Positions 36,755 to 45,126 of a DNA stretch of 64,000 bases are shown here, piece by piece (the stretch's first letter is position 1; each line of letters starts with the position of its first letter). The notes beneath the pieces are model-generated. The model saw nothing but the letters and a program-made list of their open reading frames with translations. It was not told where the DNA came from and did not search any database. The translations under genes were made by a program, and so were the position numbers. The stretch is from Myxococcales bacterium (lineage in GTDB: Bacteria; Myxococcota_A; Polyangia; Polyangiales; DASUME01), in NCBI GenBank assembly GCA_047601445.1, contig JASGJH010000001.1, positions 6,752,001 through 6,816,000 of the forward strand. The letters are read 5' to 3'.

Positions 36755-37831
36755 GTGACCCCGGGGAAATCCGCGCGCGCCTTGGTCAGCTGCTGCTCCC
36801 GCTCGGTCGACCAGGTGAACGCGTTCATGGCCTGTGTCTTCAGGTCGGTGCCCGCGGCTCCGCTCATGAAATGGACGAACTCACCGAGGTTCATGCCGCT
36901 GCCGTAGTTGGTTCCGCTCTTGCGGAAGTGCTTGGCCAGCAGCTGGAAGTAGCGAACCATCACGTTCCGTCCCGCCATGGTCGCGCCAGAGTGGGTAGAA
37001 CCAATCGCGAAACCAGTGCGTGCCGGGGCTGGGGAAGTCGTCCGTGGTGGCCGTGAAGCCCTTGTACACGCGCTGCGCCTCCTCGGTCATGCCCAGCCCC
37101 ATGTAGAGGTCGTATTGGTAGAACTCCGCCCACTTGCTGTCGCCCCAGATGTTGAAGGCGGGCGAGCCGTGCATCTGGCGCGAGGCGCCCTCGACCACGT
37201 GTGACACCTCGTGCGTGGAGATGGCGTAGCTGCCGTCGGGAAAGGGGCCGGGGCCGACGTCGGAGACGTTGCGGTAGTCGTGCGAACCATCGAAGTAGGT
37301 GGAGGGATGGCCGCCCGAGTACTTGCCCTGATGGTAGATCGCGTAGAGGCGCCCGTCGCGCTTGCCGTCCGTGAACTGGCCGTAGTGCTCGACGGTGTAC
37401 TGCCAGACGCGCGTCATGAAGGGCAGGATCCACTCGGTCTGCTTGCGGTCGACGTCGTCGTCGAAGTACAGCGCGACCCAGTCGTTGTAGGCGACGAGCT
37501 TGAGGGTCTGCACGTGCTCGAACCAGTGCTCCTTCCAGGTGTCCGGCGGGACGCCCACGGTGCCCGCAGTGACTTGTCCCGCGTCGCTGCCCGCATCCTT
37601 GTCGGCGGCGGCGTCCTGCGGCGAGGTGGCTGCGTCCCTGGGCGCGTCGGAGTCGGCATCGCGCGCTCCCGCGTCGGCTGGGCCGCCCTCGTCGGCGACA
37701 GCTCCCTCCTGCTCCGGGTGGCTGCCTCCTGCATCCTGCGGATCCGAGTTCGCGCCACAGGCCGCCGCGAACAGGAGCGCGGCGAACGAAGAGCTCAAGC
37801 GAAGGTGGCGTGGGACGGGGCGGCGAATCAT
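36748..37831 (-). CDS. Lipoprotein with HExxH zinc-metallopeptidase-like motif; +1 frameshift at ~36967
   Basis: Lipobox FAAAC, DAG linker, PPDTWKEHWFEH, HEVSHVVE, WAEFYQYD. Removing one C of 36967-36968 joins it to ORF 36748..36978 (HGGTNVMVRYFQLL..MNLGEFVHFMSGAAG). Confidence 0.75.
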
Positions 37832-38080
37832 GCGCCTACGAGCTCATCGGAGAGCGCACCCGTCAAGCCCTATGTGCCCGCTGGCTGGCTCAACGAGCCA
37901 ATGAATCTATCGCAAAATTGCTCTCACTGGAGCTTCGCAGTATTTGCGTCATTTGGCCGAAGTCGCGCGGCTCGAACGGCGGGGCGCCGGCCCTTCACGG
38001 CGCGAAGGGATCACGGACGCGACCCCCGCGGGCGCCCTCTCTGCAAGGCGCACGCTCCCCTGCGTAGGTTCTGGTTCGCG

Positions 38081-38361
38081 CTGAAAGGGAAGCTCGAGCT
38101 GAAAATGGAGGGCCAGCTGAAACACCCGACCAGATTGACCCATCGGGGCCCGACCGCCCAGTTTTTGAGGACTGAAAATGCTGCTAGCCCCCCAATTTGC
38201 CGCCACGTCGGTTCATGGGGAGATGACTGAAAATGGTACCACGCGACCCCAGGGCAAATGTCGGGGCTCCTACAAAGGTGAAATGGCGCACAGGGGACGG
38301 CTGGCACCCGTGGGTTACCCATGCGCACCAGAAGCCTGTTGGCACCGGGAAAGTGTTTCAG
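38081..38361. repeat. Cluster of spaced CTGAAA(ATG) motifs in a ~630-bp divergent intergenic region
   Basis: CTGAAA at 38081, 38099, 38117, 38172 and 38227; GTGAAATG at 38278; inverted GTGTTTCAG at 38353-38361 matches CTGAAACAC at 38117. Confidence 0.5.
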
Positions 38362-38459
38362 TCGGCGAACGGATGCGTTCAGACTTTTGGGTCCAAGCAT
38401 CGCCGGTGTCCTGTGAACGGAGTCCAAGTGCATGAACGTGACCTTCGCCCGCGTAAGCC

Positions 38460-39692
38460 ATGAGTGACCGGTCCCTCGAAATCGCTGCCACGCTGGCACC
38501 CGAGACTGCGGCCGGCGCTTCGGCAGACCCGTGGCTGGGGCGGGTTCTCGGCAACCGCTACCGCCTGCTCGAGAAGCTGGGGGAGGGGGGCATGGGTGCG
38601 GTGTTCATCGCCGAGCACCTCATGCTGCGGAACCGAGTCGCGCTCAAGATCATTCACGCGACCTTCGAGGGCCATGCGGAGATCGCGGCGCGCTTCGCGC
38701 GTGAAGCCATGGTCAGTGCGCGCATCGAGCATCCGCATGTCGTTTCTGCGTTGGACTACGGCGCGCTGGAGAACGGCGGCGCCTATCTCGTCATGCAGCT
38801 CGTGCGAGGAGAGGGCCTGCGCAAAAAGCAGCGGGAGGGCATCATGCCCTGGGAGCTCGCTTGTGAGCTCATCGCGCAGATGGCATCTGCCGTGGCTGCT
38901 GCCCATGAGGCAGGCATCGTCCATCGCGACCTGAAGCCGGAGAACGTGGTGCTCGAGGCCAGGGGAGACGCCGGGTTCCACGTGAAGGTTTTGGATTTCG
39001 GCATCGCCCACCTACGCGCGGATCCGGCGGGTGCGCACGCGGCGACGGCGGGGACGCAGCTCACCCGAGTGGGTACGGTGATCGGCACCCCGGGCTACAT
39101 GTCTCCGGAACAGGCCGTGGGCCAACCCGTGGACGAGCGTACGGACATCTACGCGCTCGGCGTGATGCTTTGGGAGTTGCTCGCGGGCAGACGCCCATTC
39201 GACGGGAACACGCTGACGGAGATCGTGACCAAGCAGTTCGCCGCGCAGGCACCGGCGCTCCCCGAGGGGGCGCAAGTCATCCCGAGCGAACTGGCTACGT
39301 TACTGGCTCAGATGCTCGCGCCCCGTGCCGAGGACCGCCCACGAAGTGCCGCCGAGATACGAGACCGCATGCGAGCCATGAAGGGATTGGGCACGCCAGC
39401 GCCCGTCCAGCGGACGACCCTCGCCAGCGTTCAGACGCGCCTGCTCGCTGCGTCGACGCGGCACAAAGTCTTGCTGGCTGCGGCGCTGCTGTTGGTCTTG
39501 CTGCTCACCGTCTTCTCAGGGGGTGAAAGCGAGAGCAGCGCAGTGCGCGACAGGGCTTCAGACACCGCGCAACGCGACGGCAACGACAGATCTGCTGCCG
39601 AGGAACCCGCGGCTCAAGGCCAAGGTTCCTCCCGAAGTAAGGGCCCGTTGAGGACGCGCGCTCGCCGCGCTTTCAATTCCATCTTTCACTAG
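38460..39692 (+). CDS. Hanks-type Ser/Thr protein kinase with C-terminal TM segment
   Basis: LGEGGMGAVF, VALK, HRDLKPEN, DFG, GTPGYMSPE, DIYALG; TM VLLAAALLLVLLLTVF. Confidence 0.93.
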   Translation: MSDRSLEIAATLAPETAAGASADPWLGRVLGNRYRLLEKLGEGGMGAVFIAEHLMLRNRVALKIIHATFEGHAEIAARFAREAMVSARIEHPHVVSALDYGALENGGAYLVMQLVRGEGLRKKQREGIMPWELACELIAQMASAVAAAHEAGIVHRDLKPENVVLEARGDAGFHVKVLDFGIAHLRADPAGAHAATAGTQLTRVGTVIGTPGYMSPEQAVGQPVDERTDIYALGVMLWELLAGRRPFDGNTLTEIVTKQFAAQAPALPEGAQVIPSELATLLAQMLAPRAEDRPRSAAEIRDRMRAMKGLGTPAPVQRTTLASVQTRLLAASTRHKVLLAAALLLVLLLTVFSGGESESSAVRDRASDTAQRDGNDRSAAEEPAAQGQGSSRSKGPLRTRARRAFNSIFH

Positions 39693-39757
39693 GGACGCCG
39701 AGCGCTGCGCGCCGCTTGTCCAGGGACGAGCCGCGAGATGTGCGCTACCTTCGCGGT

Positions 39758-41152
39758 ATGACCGACTCTCCCCAAGAAGGTCTTCCCGCGACCCCACAGC
39801 TCACCCGCTTGTCAGGCTGGGGCGCCAACCTGCGCGCGGATTGCGCCTACGCAGAGCCCGAGACGGCTTCCGAGATCGCGGCTCAGCTCGACCGGCACGG
39901 CACCATCGCCCGTGGCTTGGGGCGCAGCTACGGCGATCCGGCGCTGAACGCGAACATGCAAGTGATCGGTACGCGCAAGCTCGATCGCTACCTGGACTTC
40001 GACGAGGCGACGGGTGTCTTGAAGTGCGAGGCCGGGGTGAGCCTGGAGCGCATGATTCAAGACTTCCTGCCGCGGGGATGGTTGCCGGCGATCACGCCAG
40101 GTACGCGCTTCGTCACCGTGGGCGGATGCATCGCTAGCGACGTGCACGGGAAGGCGCACCACTCGCAAGGCAGCTTCAGCGCCTGCGTCGATGCCATGAC
40201 CGTCCTGCTCGCGAGTGGTGAGGTTGTGAACGCGAGCCGAGAACAGAACGCCGACCTGTTCTGGGCTACGTTCGGCGGGATGGGCCTGCTCGGAGTGGTC
40301 CTGACCGCCACGCTGCGTCTGCGCAAAGTGGAGACGGCTTACTTTCGCCAGCGCTCCATTCGGGTGCGTGACCTCGACGAGCTGCTCGCGGTGCTCGCCG
40401 AACAGGACCAGCACTTCCCGTACTCACTGGCCACCTTGGATGTGCTCGCCCACGGCGCGAAGCTAGGCCGTGCCGTCGTCACCGTGGGCGACCACGCACG
40501 GCAGGCGGAGCTCCCGCCCAAGCTCGCGCGCGAACCGTTGCGCGTGGCGCCTCCTCCACTGCTGCGGATGCCCTTCGAAGCTCCTGTCTTCAACGCGCTC
40601 ACGCTGCCTGTGCTGAACGGCTTCATCATGCACAAGCTCGCGCGCAAGCCGCCCTACGATCACTACGCCGACTTTTTCTACCCGCTCGACATCGCCCATC
40701 ACTGGAACCGCGCCTACGGACGCAAGGGCTTTACGCAGTATCAGTTCGTCATCCCATTCGAAGACGGCGCGCGCGCGATGCGCATGATTCTGGATGCGAT
40801 CTTCTCCTCCGGCGAGTTGCCCTTCCTCAACGTGCTCAAGCGGCTCGGGCGCGAGAGCGGCGGCATCCTGTCGTTTCCCCGCGAGGGCTATACGTTCGCC
40901 ATCGACTTTCCCATTCGCGCGACGACCGAGGCGCTCGTGCGTCGGCTCGACGCGATGGTGCTCGAGGCGGGCGGTCGCATCTACCTCGGCAAGGACTCCT
41001 ACGTCGATGCCGCCACGTTTCGAGCCATGTATCCGGCAGTGGAGAACTGGCTGGCGATCAAAGCCAAGTACGATCCCGACGGCGTCTTCACGTCCAACCT
41101 GGGGCGGCGCGTGGGCCTGTGCCCGGCGGCGGTGCCCCGGCACACCGATTGA
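39758..41152 (+). CDS. FAD-binding oxidoreductase, DprE1-like
   Basis: ARGLGRSYGD, TPGTRFVTVGGCIASDVHGK.HH, FYPLD...WNRAYG..GFTQYQ, LSFP.EGYTFAIDFP, GGRIYLGKDS. Confidence 0.88.
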   Translation: MTDSPQEGLPATPQLTRLSGWGANLRADCAYAEPETASEIAAQLDRHGTIARGLGRSYGDPALNANMQVIGTRKLDRYLDFDEATGVLKCEAGVSLERMIQDFLPRGWLPAITPGTRFVTVGGCIASDVHGKAHHSQGSFSACVDAMTVLLASGEVVNASREQNADLFWATFGGMGLLGVVLTATLRLRKVETAYFRQRSIRVRDLDELLAVLAEQDQHFPYSLATLDVLAHGAKLGRAVVTVGDHARQAELPPKLAREPLRVAPPPLLRMPFEAPVFNALTLPVLNGFIMHKLARKPPYDHYADFFYPLDIAHHWNRAYGRKGFTQYQFVIPFEDGARAMRMILDAIFSSGELPFLNVLKRLGRESGGILSFPREGYTFAIDFPIRATTEALVRRLDAMVLEAGGRIYLGKDSYVDAATFRAMYPAVENWLAIKAKYDPDGVFTSNLGRRVGLCPAAVPRHTD

Positions 41153-41273
41153 GCCTGGCTTCACCCCGACTTGGGCCGTCGGGTTCAGGTCCGTATCTGC
41201 TCAAACGGGGGCCGCCGATGTACGATCCCCGCCAGGGCACGGGGGCCGGTGCGCGAAGCGGGCCCCGCCGTGG

Positions 41274-42416
41274 ATGCAGGAATCGATGTACCGCATGGAC
41301 AAATGGAAGAGGTTTCGGGGCGCGGGGAGCTTGTTGGGCGCTGCGTTCTTTCTGTGTGGATGTCAGGACGAGCGCAGGAGCGAACCGCTCATCTTGGGGG
41401 ACGCGGGGCACCGGTCCGACGCGGGGATCCATGGCGGCACTCCGGGCACTACCCTGCTTGGCGACGGCGGCGCTGACGGGGGCTCGTCGGGGGGTGGCGG
41501 CGGAGCCCCAGGCGCCCCGACCGGGAAGTGCGCCTTCGACCCCAACAAGGTCCACGTGCTCATCAATGGAGGCGCGCGCGGAACCGGCGTGGCCAAGATC
41601 AATGACCCCAAGGATCTCGATGAGCTGGAAGACCTCGACAACGCCTGTTGGGGGTTCCAGCGCTTCGCTCCGGTGATCCTGCGTCCCACGGATGGTCGCG
41701 TGGTGTACGTGGACCGCGTCGATCGGCCTCCGACGACGCTGGTGCGCGAGTTTCACGAGGACAAGTTGAAGCAGGACGAGTTCGGCCAGCTCAGCTTGCC
41801 GGACAGCTACCTCGCGGACGACAGCGTGCTGTTCACGGGCACGGACACGCTCACGCCCTCGGACATCGTCGCCATCCCTGGATCGAGCGATTTCCTGATG
41901 GGCTTTTCCCAGAACGATCCACCGCCCTATTACGCAGATCGCCAAGGCACCAGCGTACTGAAAACCTATGGCCGTGTACTCGCCGTCGGAGCCAACGGCA
42001 TCATGCTGGCCGATTTCGCGAGCCAGAACGACCTCGACTACCAGATCGTGCAGCCCGATGGCACGCGGGTGAAGGTGCAGGGCGCCGACCTCGACTATCC
42101 GATTGCCGTCCGTTCCCACGGCGACGGCTTTTGGGTCGTGCTCGGCGAGGCGGCTGCACCCAGCCGCTGGTACGTTGCGCCGGACGGCACGGCGACGCTC
42201 GAGTTGTTCTATCCGCCCACGGAGTACGCGGTGACCAGTCTGGGGAGAGGCGCACTCGATGTAGAGGGAACGCTCTATCAGGCGGTCGATACGGGGAGCA
42301 GTGGAAGCCAGCAGCTGTGGCGCCGGAAACCGGAGCCTGCGGCCAAGGAGGTCCTGGTCGACCTCGCGAACTTCCCGTTCGTGCTCTCGGGCATCGTCAC
42401 GATCACAGGGCCGTAG
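41274..42416 (+). CDS. Hypothetical lipoprotein
   Basis: Lipobox FLCGC, DAG/DGG Gly-rich linker, beta-rich body. Start may be 41274, 41286 or 41295. Confidence 0.7.
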   Translation: MQESMYRMDKWKRFRGAGSLLGAAFFLCGCQDERRSEPLILGDAGHRSDAGIHGGTPGTTLLGDGGADGGSSGGGGGAPGAPTGKCAFDPNKVHVLINGGARGTGVAKINDPKDLDELEDLDNACWGFQRFAPVILRPTDGRVVYVDRVDRPPTTLVREFHEDKLKQDEFGQLSLPDSYLADDSVLFTGTDTLTPSDIVAIPGSSDFLMGFSQNDPPPYYADRQGTSVLKTYGRVLAVGANGIMLADFASQNDLDYQIVQPDGTRVKVQGADLDYPIAVRSHGDGFWVVLGEAAAPSRWYVAPDGTATLELFYPPTEYAVTSLGRGALDVEGTLYQAVDTGSSGSQQLWRRKPEPAAKEVLVDLANFPFVLSGIVTITGP

Positions 42417-42559
42417 CGTCCGCGACGATGACGGCCCTGCTGTGCACCGGACTACCGCTGTGATCGCTTCGCGCTCGTAGCTCAGGTCCGTGTGGGGCTC
42501 GCTCGAACGCCCTCCAAAATACTCCCAAGGGTTTCCCGTCGTGCGGTCCTTCATCCGGC

Positions 42560-43207
42560 ATGAGCAATCCCTCCTCTCCTCGCCCTCTTCCTAGGGGGCT
42601 CGTGCAAGTGGCTGGTTTGGCGAGCGTTTTGTTCCTGTTGCCCGGCTGCGGGGACGCGCCGGTCACCGTGGTCCGTGAGGACCCCGCGACGGCCGATGAG
42701 GCGGACGCCGAGGCAGGGGATTCGAGCGAGGACGGGGGGACATCGGAGGACGACCAGTCGTCCCCTGAGGCCGAGGTTCAGGCCCCGGATACGTGCTTAC
42801 CGGGCGTGTACAAGGGCCGATTTACCTGCGACGTGAGCGGCTTGATCCCGTGGAACGGCGACCTGTCTTTCGAGCTCGAGCAAGAGGAGGAGGGGGCCGG
42901 CGGTGAATTCGCGGTGCTGCGTGTAGTCCCGGGGGCGACGATCATGGGGATGGACGAGTACGGCGGGGCCTTCAGCGGGGAGTTGAGCGGTGATCTCGAC
43001 TGCATGAGCGGCAAGTTTACGGGGATGCTCTTGCACGGGATGTACAAGGGCTCCGTGGACGCCAACATGGAGGGACCCCTGAGCGGCGACTACGAGACCA
43101 AGAGCGACGGCGCTTCGTTCATGGGAAAGATGGGCCCGCTCACCAACCACGACCTCATCGGGCTGTTTCTCGAGGCGAACTGCACGTGGAGCGCGACGTT
43201 GCAGTGA
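42560..43207 (+). CDS. Hypothetical lipoprotein
   Basis: Lipobox LPGC, acidic linker, small beta domain with 4 Cys (CLPGVYKGRFTC...LDC...CTWSATLQ). Confidence 0.75.
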   Translation: MSNPSSPRPLPRGLVQVAGLASVLFLLPGCGDAPVTVVREDPATADEADAEAGDSSEDGGTSEDDQSSPEAEVQAPDTCLPGVYKGRFTCDVSGLIPWNGDLSFELEQEEEGAGGEFAVLRVVPGATIMGMDEYGGAFSGELSGDLDCMSGKFTGMLLHGMYKGSVDANMEGPLSGDYETKSDGASFMGKMGPLTNHDLIGLFLEANCTWSATLQ

Positions 43208-43262
43208 GGGGCGCCCCTCACGCTGACAGCGCTAGTTGTGGTACACGGAGTGACACGGCATC

Positions 43263-43808
43263 GTGAGCGGCCCATTTCACTCGAGGACTCGTCTGTCGAT
43301 GTTGCGCTTCCGTACAGCACGTTCGTCCGTGATCCTGTTCGTTGAGATCTGCTTTGGGCTCGCGGGCTGTGGGCAGTTCGCGCTCGTGGGCGTGGCGCCT
43401 GCGGAGGCCGGCCCCGCGGGGGATGGGCCAACTGACGCGGCGTTCGATGGTCACGCGCAAGCTTCCGACGGAAGCACCACATCCGACGCTGACAGCGCGC
43501 GCTGTGATCGTCAGGTGGACGTATGCAATCCAGTGACGAACACCGGCTGCTCCGAGGCGCTCGTGCAGCGCTGCGCGCCCGACCTGTCATCGGCCAAGTT
43601 GGCTGGCTACTGCACGTTCATGGGGGAGATTCCCGACGGCGGTCTCGAGTGCTTCAACTCGGTTGTCACGGAGAGCTGCCCGCCCAAGAGCACCTGCCAC
43701 AACGGTGCCTGCCGGTCGTTGTGCTTTTGCGACGCGGATTGTGGGGACGGCCAGTGCTGCACGGAGCCACTCGGGGAGCAGGGATTCGCTGTCTGCGCGC
43801 CGTGCTGA
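43263..43808 (+). CDS. Cysteine-rich lipoprotein (paralog of 53036..53620)
   Basis: Lipobox LAGC; 16-Cys C-terminal domain CNPVTNTGC...CRSLCFCDADC. Confidence 0.75.
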   Translation: MSGPFHSRTRLSMLRFRTARSSVILFVEICFGLAGCGQFALVGVAPAEAGPAGDGPTDAAFDGHAQASDGSTTSDADSARCDRQVDVCNPVTNTGCSEALVQRCAPDLSSAKLAGYCTFMGEIPDGGLECFNSVVTESCPPKSTCHNGACRSLCFCDADCGDGQCCTEPLGEQGFAVCAPC

Positions 43809-43826
43809 TAGTCGAGTGTCGAAGTC

Positions 43827-44941
43827 TCAGGGCACCCAGATCGGTGCCCCGGTCGCCCAGCCCGCGGGGGCCACATCCGAGATCACAGGTCGCTCCCAGC
43901 TCCAGACCGCCACCTTGTACCCCTCCGCACCTCGGTAACCGCCGAGCACATAGCGGCTGGTGCGGTCGAACGATCCCAACGAGAAGCCGTCCGGAAAGAC
44001 CACGGGCGCGCTCGAGCCGTCCATCGATACGATGCGTCCCCGGACCACGACGGAGGAGGGCTCGTGTGGGTCGCCCGTTGAGGTGTCGACGAACGCCCAG
44101 AGTCCGTCGGGGGAGATGCCAACGTTGCCCCAGTACCCCATGCAGGTTGCTCGGTTCCCGAAGGTGGAGTCGTCGTGCAGCGTGATGGTCTCTCCGCTGG
44201 GTGTGATGCTCACGACCTTGAAATAGAGGTCCTGGTAGATGCAGCCGAGGATGCGCGAGAGGTCGGTGTTGCCGTCGACCAAGGTGAAGGTGTTAGGCGA
44301 TGCGAACGCGACGCTGGCGGTGAGGATGCCCGTGTGCAGGTCGAGCCAGTACAAGGTAGGACCTGCGAGGAAGGCAGCGTGGCCCTCGCGTGAGATCATG
44401 AGCATATCGTCGCCAGCGGGCACGGGGATGCTGGCGTCGGCGGGTACCACGGCGCGGCTCTGGGCATCGACAAGGTCGATGACATGGAGTGCTTCGAGGG
44501 CTCCACGCAACTGATAGCGACGGTCGCTGCTTTGGTGCCAGAGGCGCGTGGACACGTCGACGCTATCGAGGCGCGCGGGCGCGGTTGGACTCGAGAAGTC
44601 GATCCACGCACTATACGCGACGTCGTAACCCCTTCCCTCGAGCATGCCACGCGGGGCGCCCGCGGGTCCGCGGGTGGCTGACGAAGCGCGCGCTCAATTC
44701 TTCCTGACCCGCGCCGTAAGCAGGCACCCTGGAAGGGCACGTCCTCGAAGGGATAGAACTGCGCACCGCTTGCCGGGGAGAGGATCTCCGCGCGGAAGGT
44801 GCCTGCGTCTTCATCACCGGCATCCCGCATGCTCGGCGAGGTGTCGTGACGACCGTCGTCGAAGAGGGCGCCCACGTCGCCCGAAGTGCCACAGGCCGAC
44901 AGGGGGCAGACCAACCAGGCGACAAGATGCGAGCGTTTCAC
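43827..44941 (-). CDS. Hypothetical lipoprotein, interrupted by two +1 frameshifts
   Basis: Lipobox LSAC and Ig-like AEILSPASGAQFYP in the 44941 frame; YGAGQEELSARF in the next frame; propeller-like C-terminus (ISPDGLWAF) in ORF 43827..44645. Shifts near 44718 and ~44675. Confidence 0.6.
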
Positions 44942-45126
44942 GGAGGCTCCTTGCGTGGGATGAGCGCCTGCGGAGAGTCACACCGCGGATCCCGGTGCCA
45001 GGCCGGCCCGGGGCAACACTCACCACGGGATGGGTGAGTCTAGCGCGCTAGCGCAGCGAAGGGCCGTGGTCACCCCGCATCTGACGGGGACCAATGCGAT
45101 CATCGGCGGGCGGGGTGAGCTTCGCT

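Noticed and set aside
38081..38290. CRISPR array interpretation of the CTGAAA repeats
   Set aside because: The conserved part is only 6-11 bp, the periods are unequal (18, 18, 55, 55, ~51) and there are no cas genes. Kept only as an unexplained motif cluster.
42471..42485. GCGCTCGTAGCTCAG resembles the 5' end of a tRNA
   Set aside because: No D-loop GG/AGAGC, anticodon arm, GTTCGA T-loop or matching acceptor stem follows.
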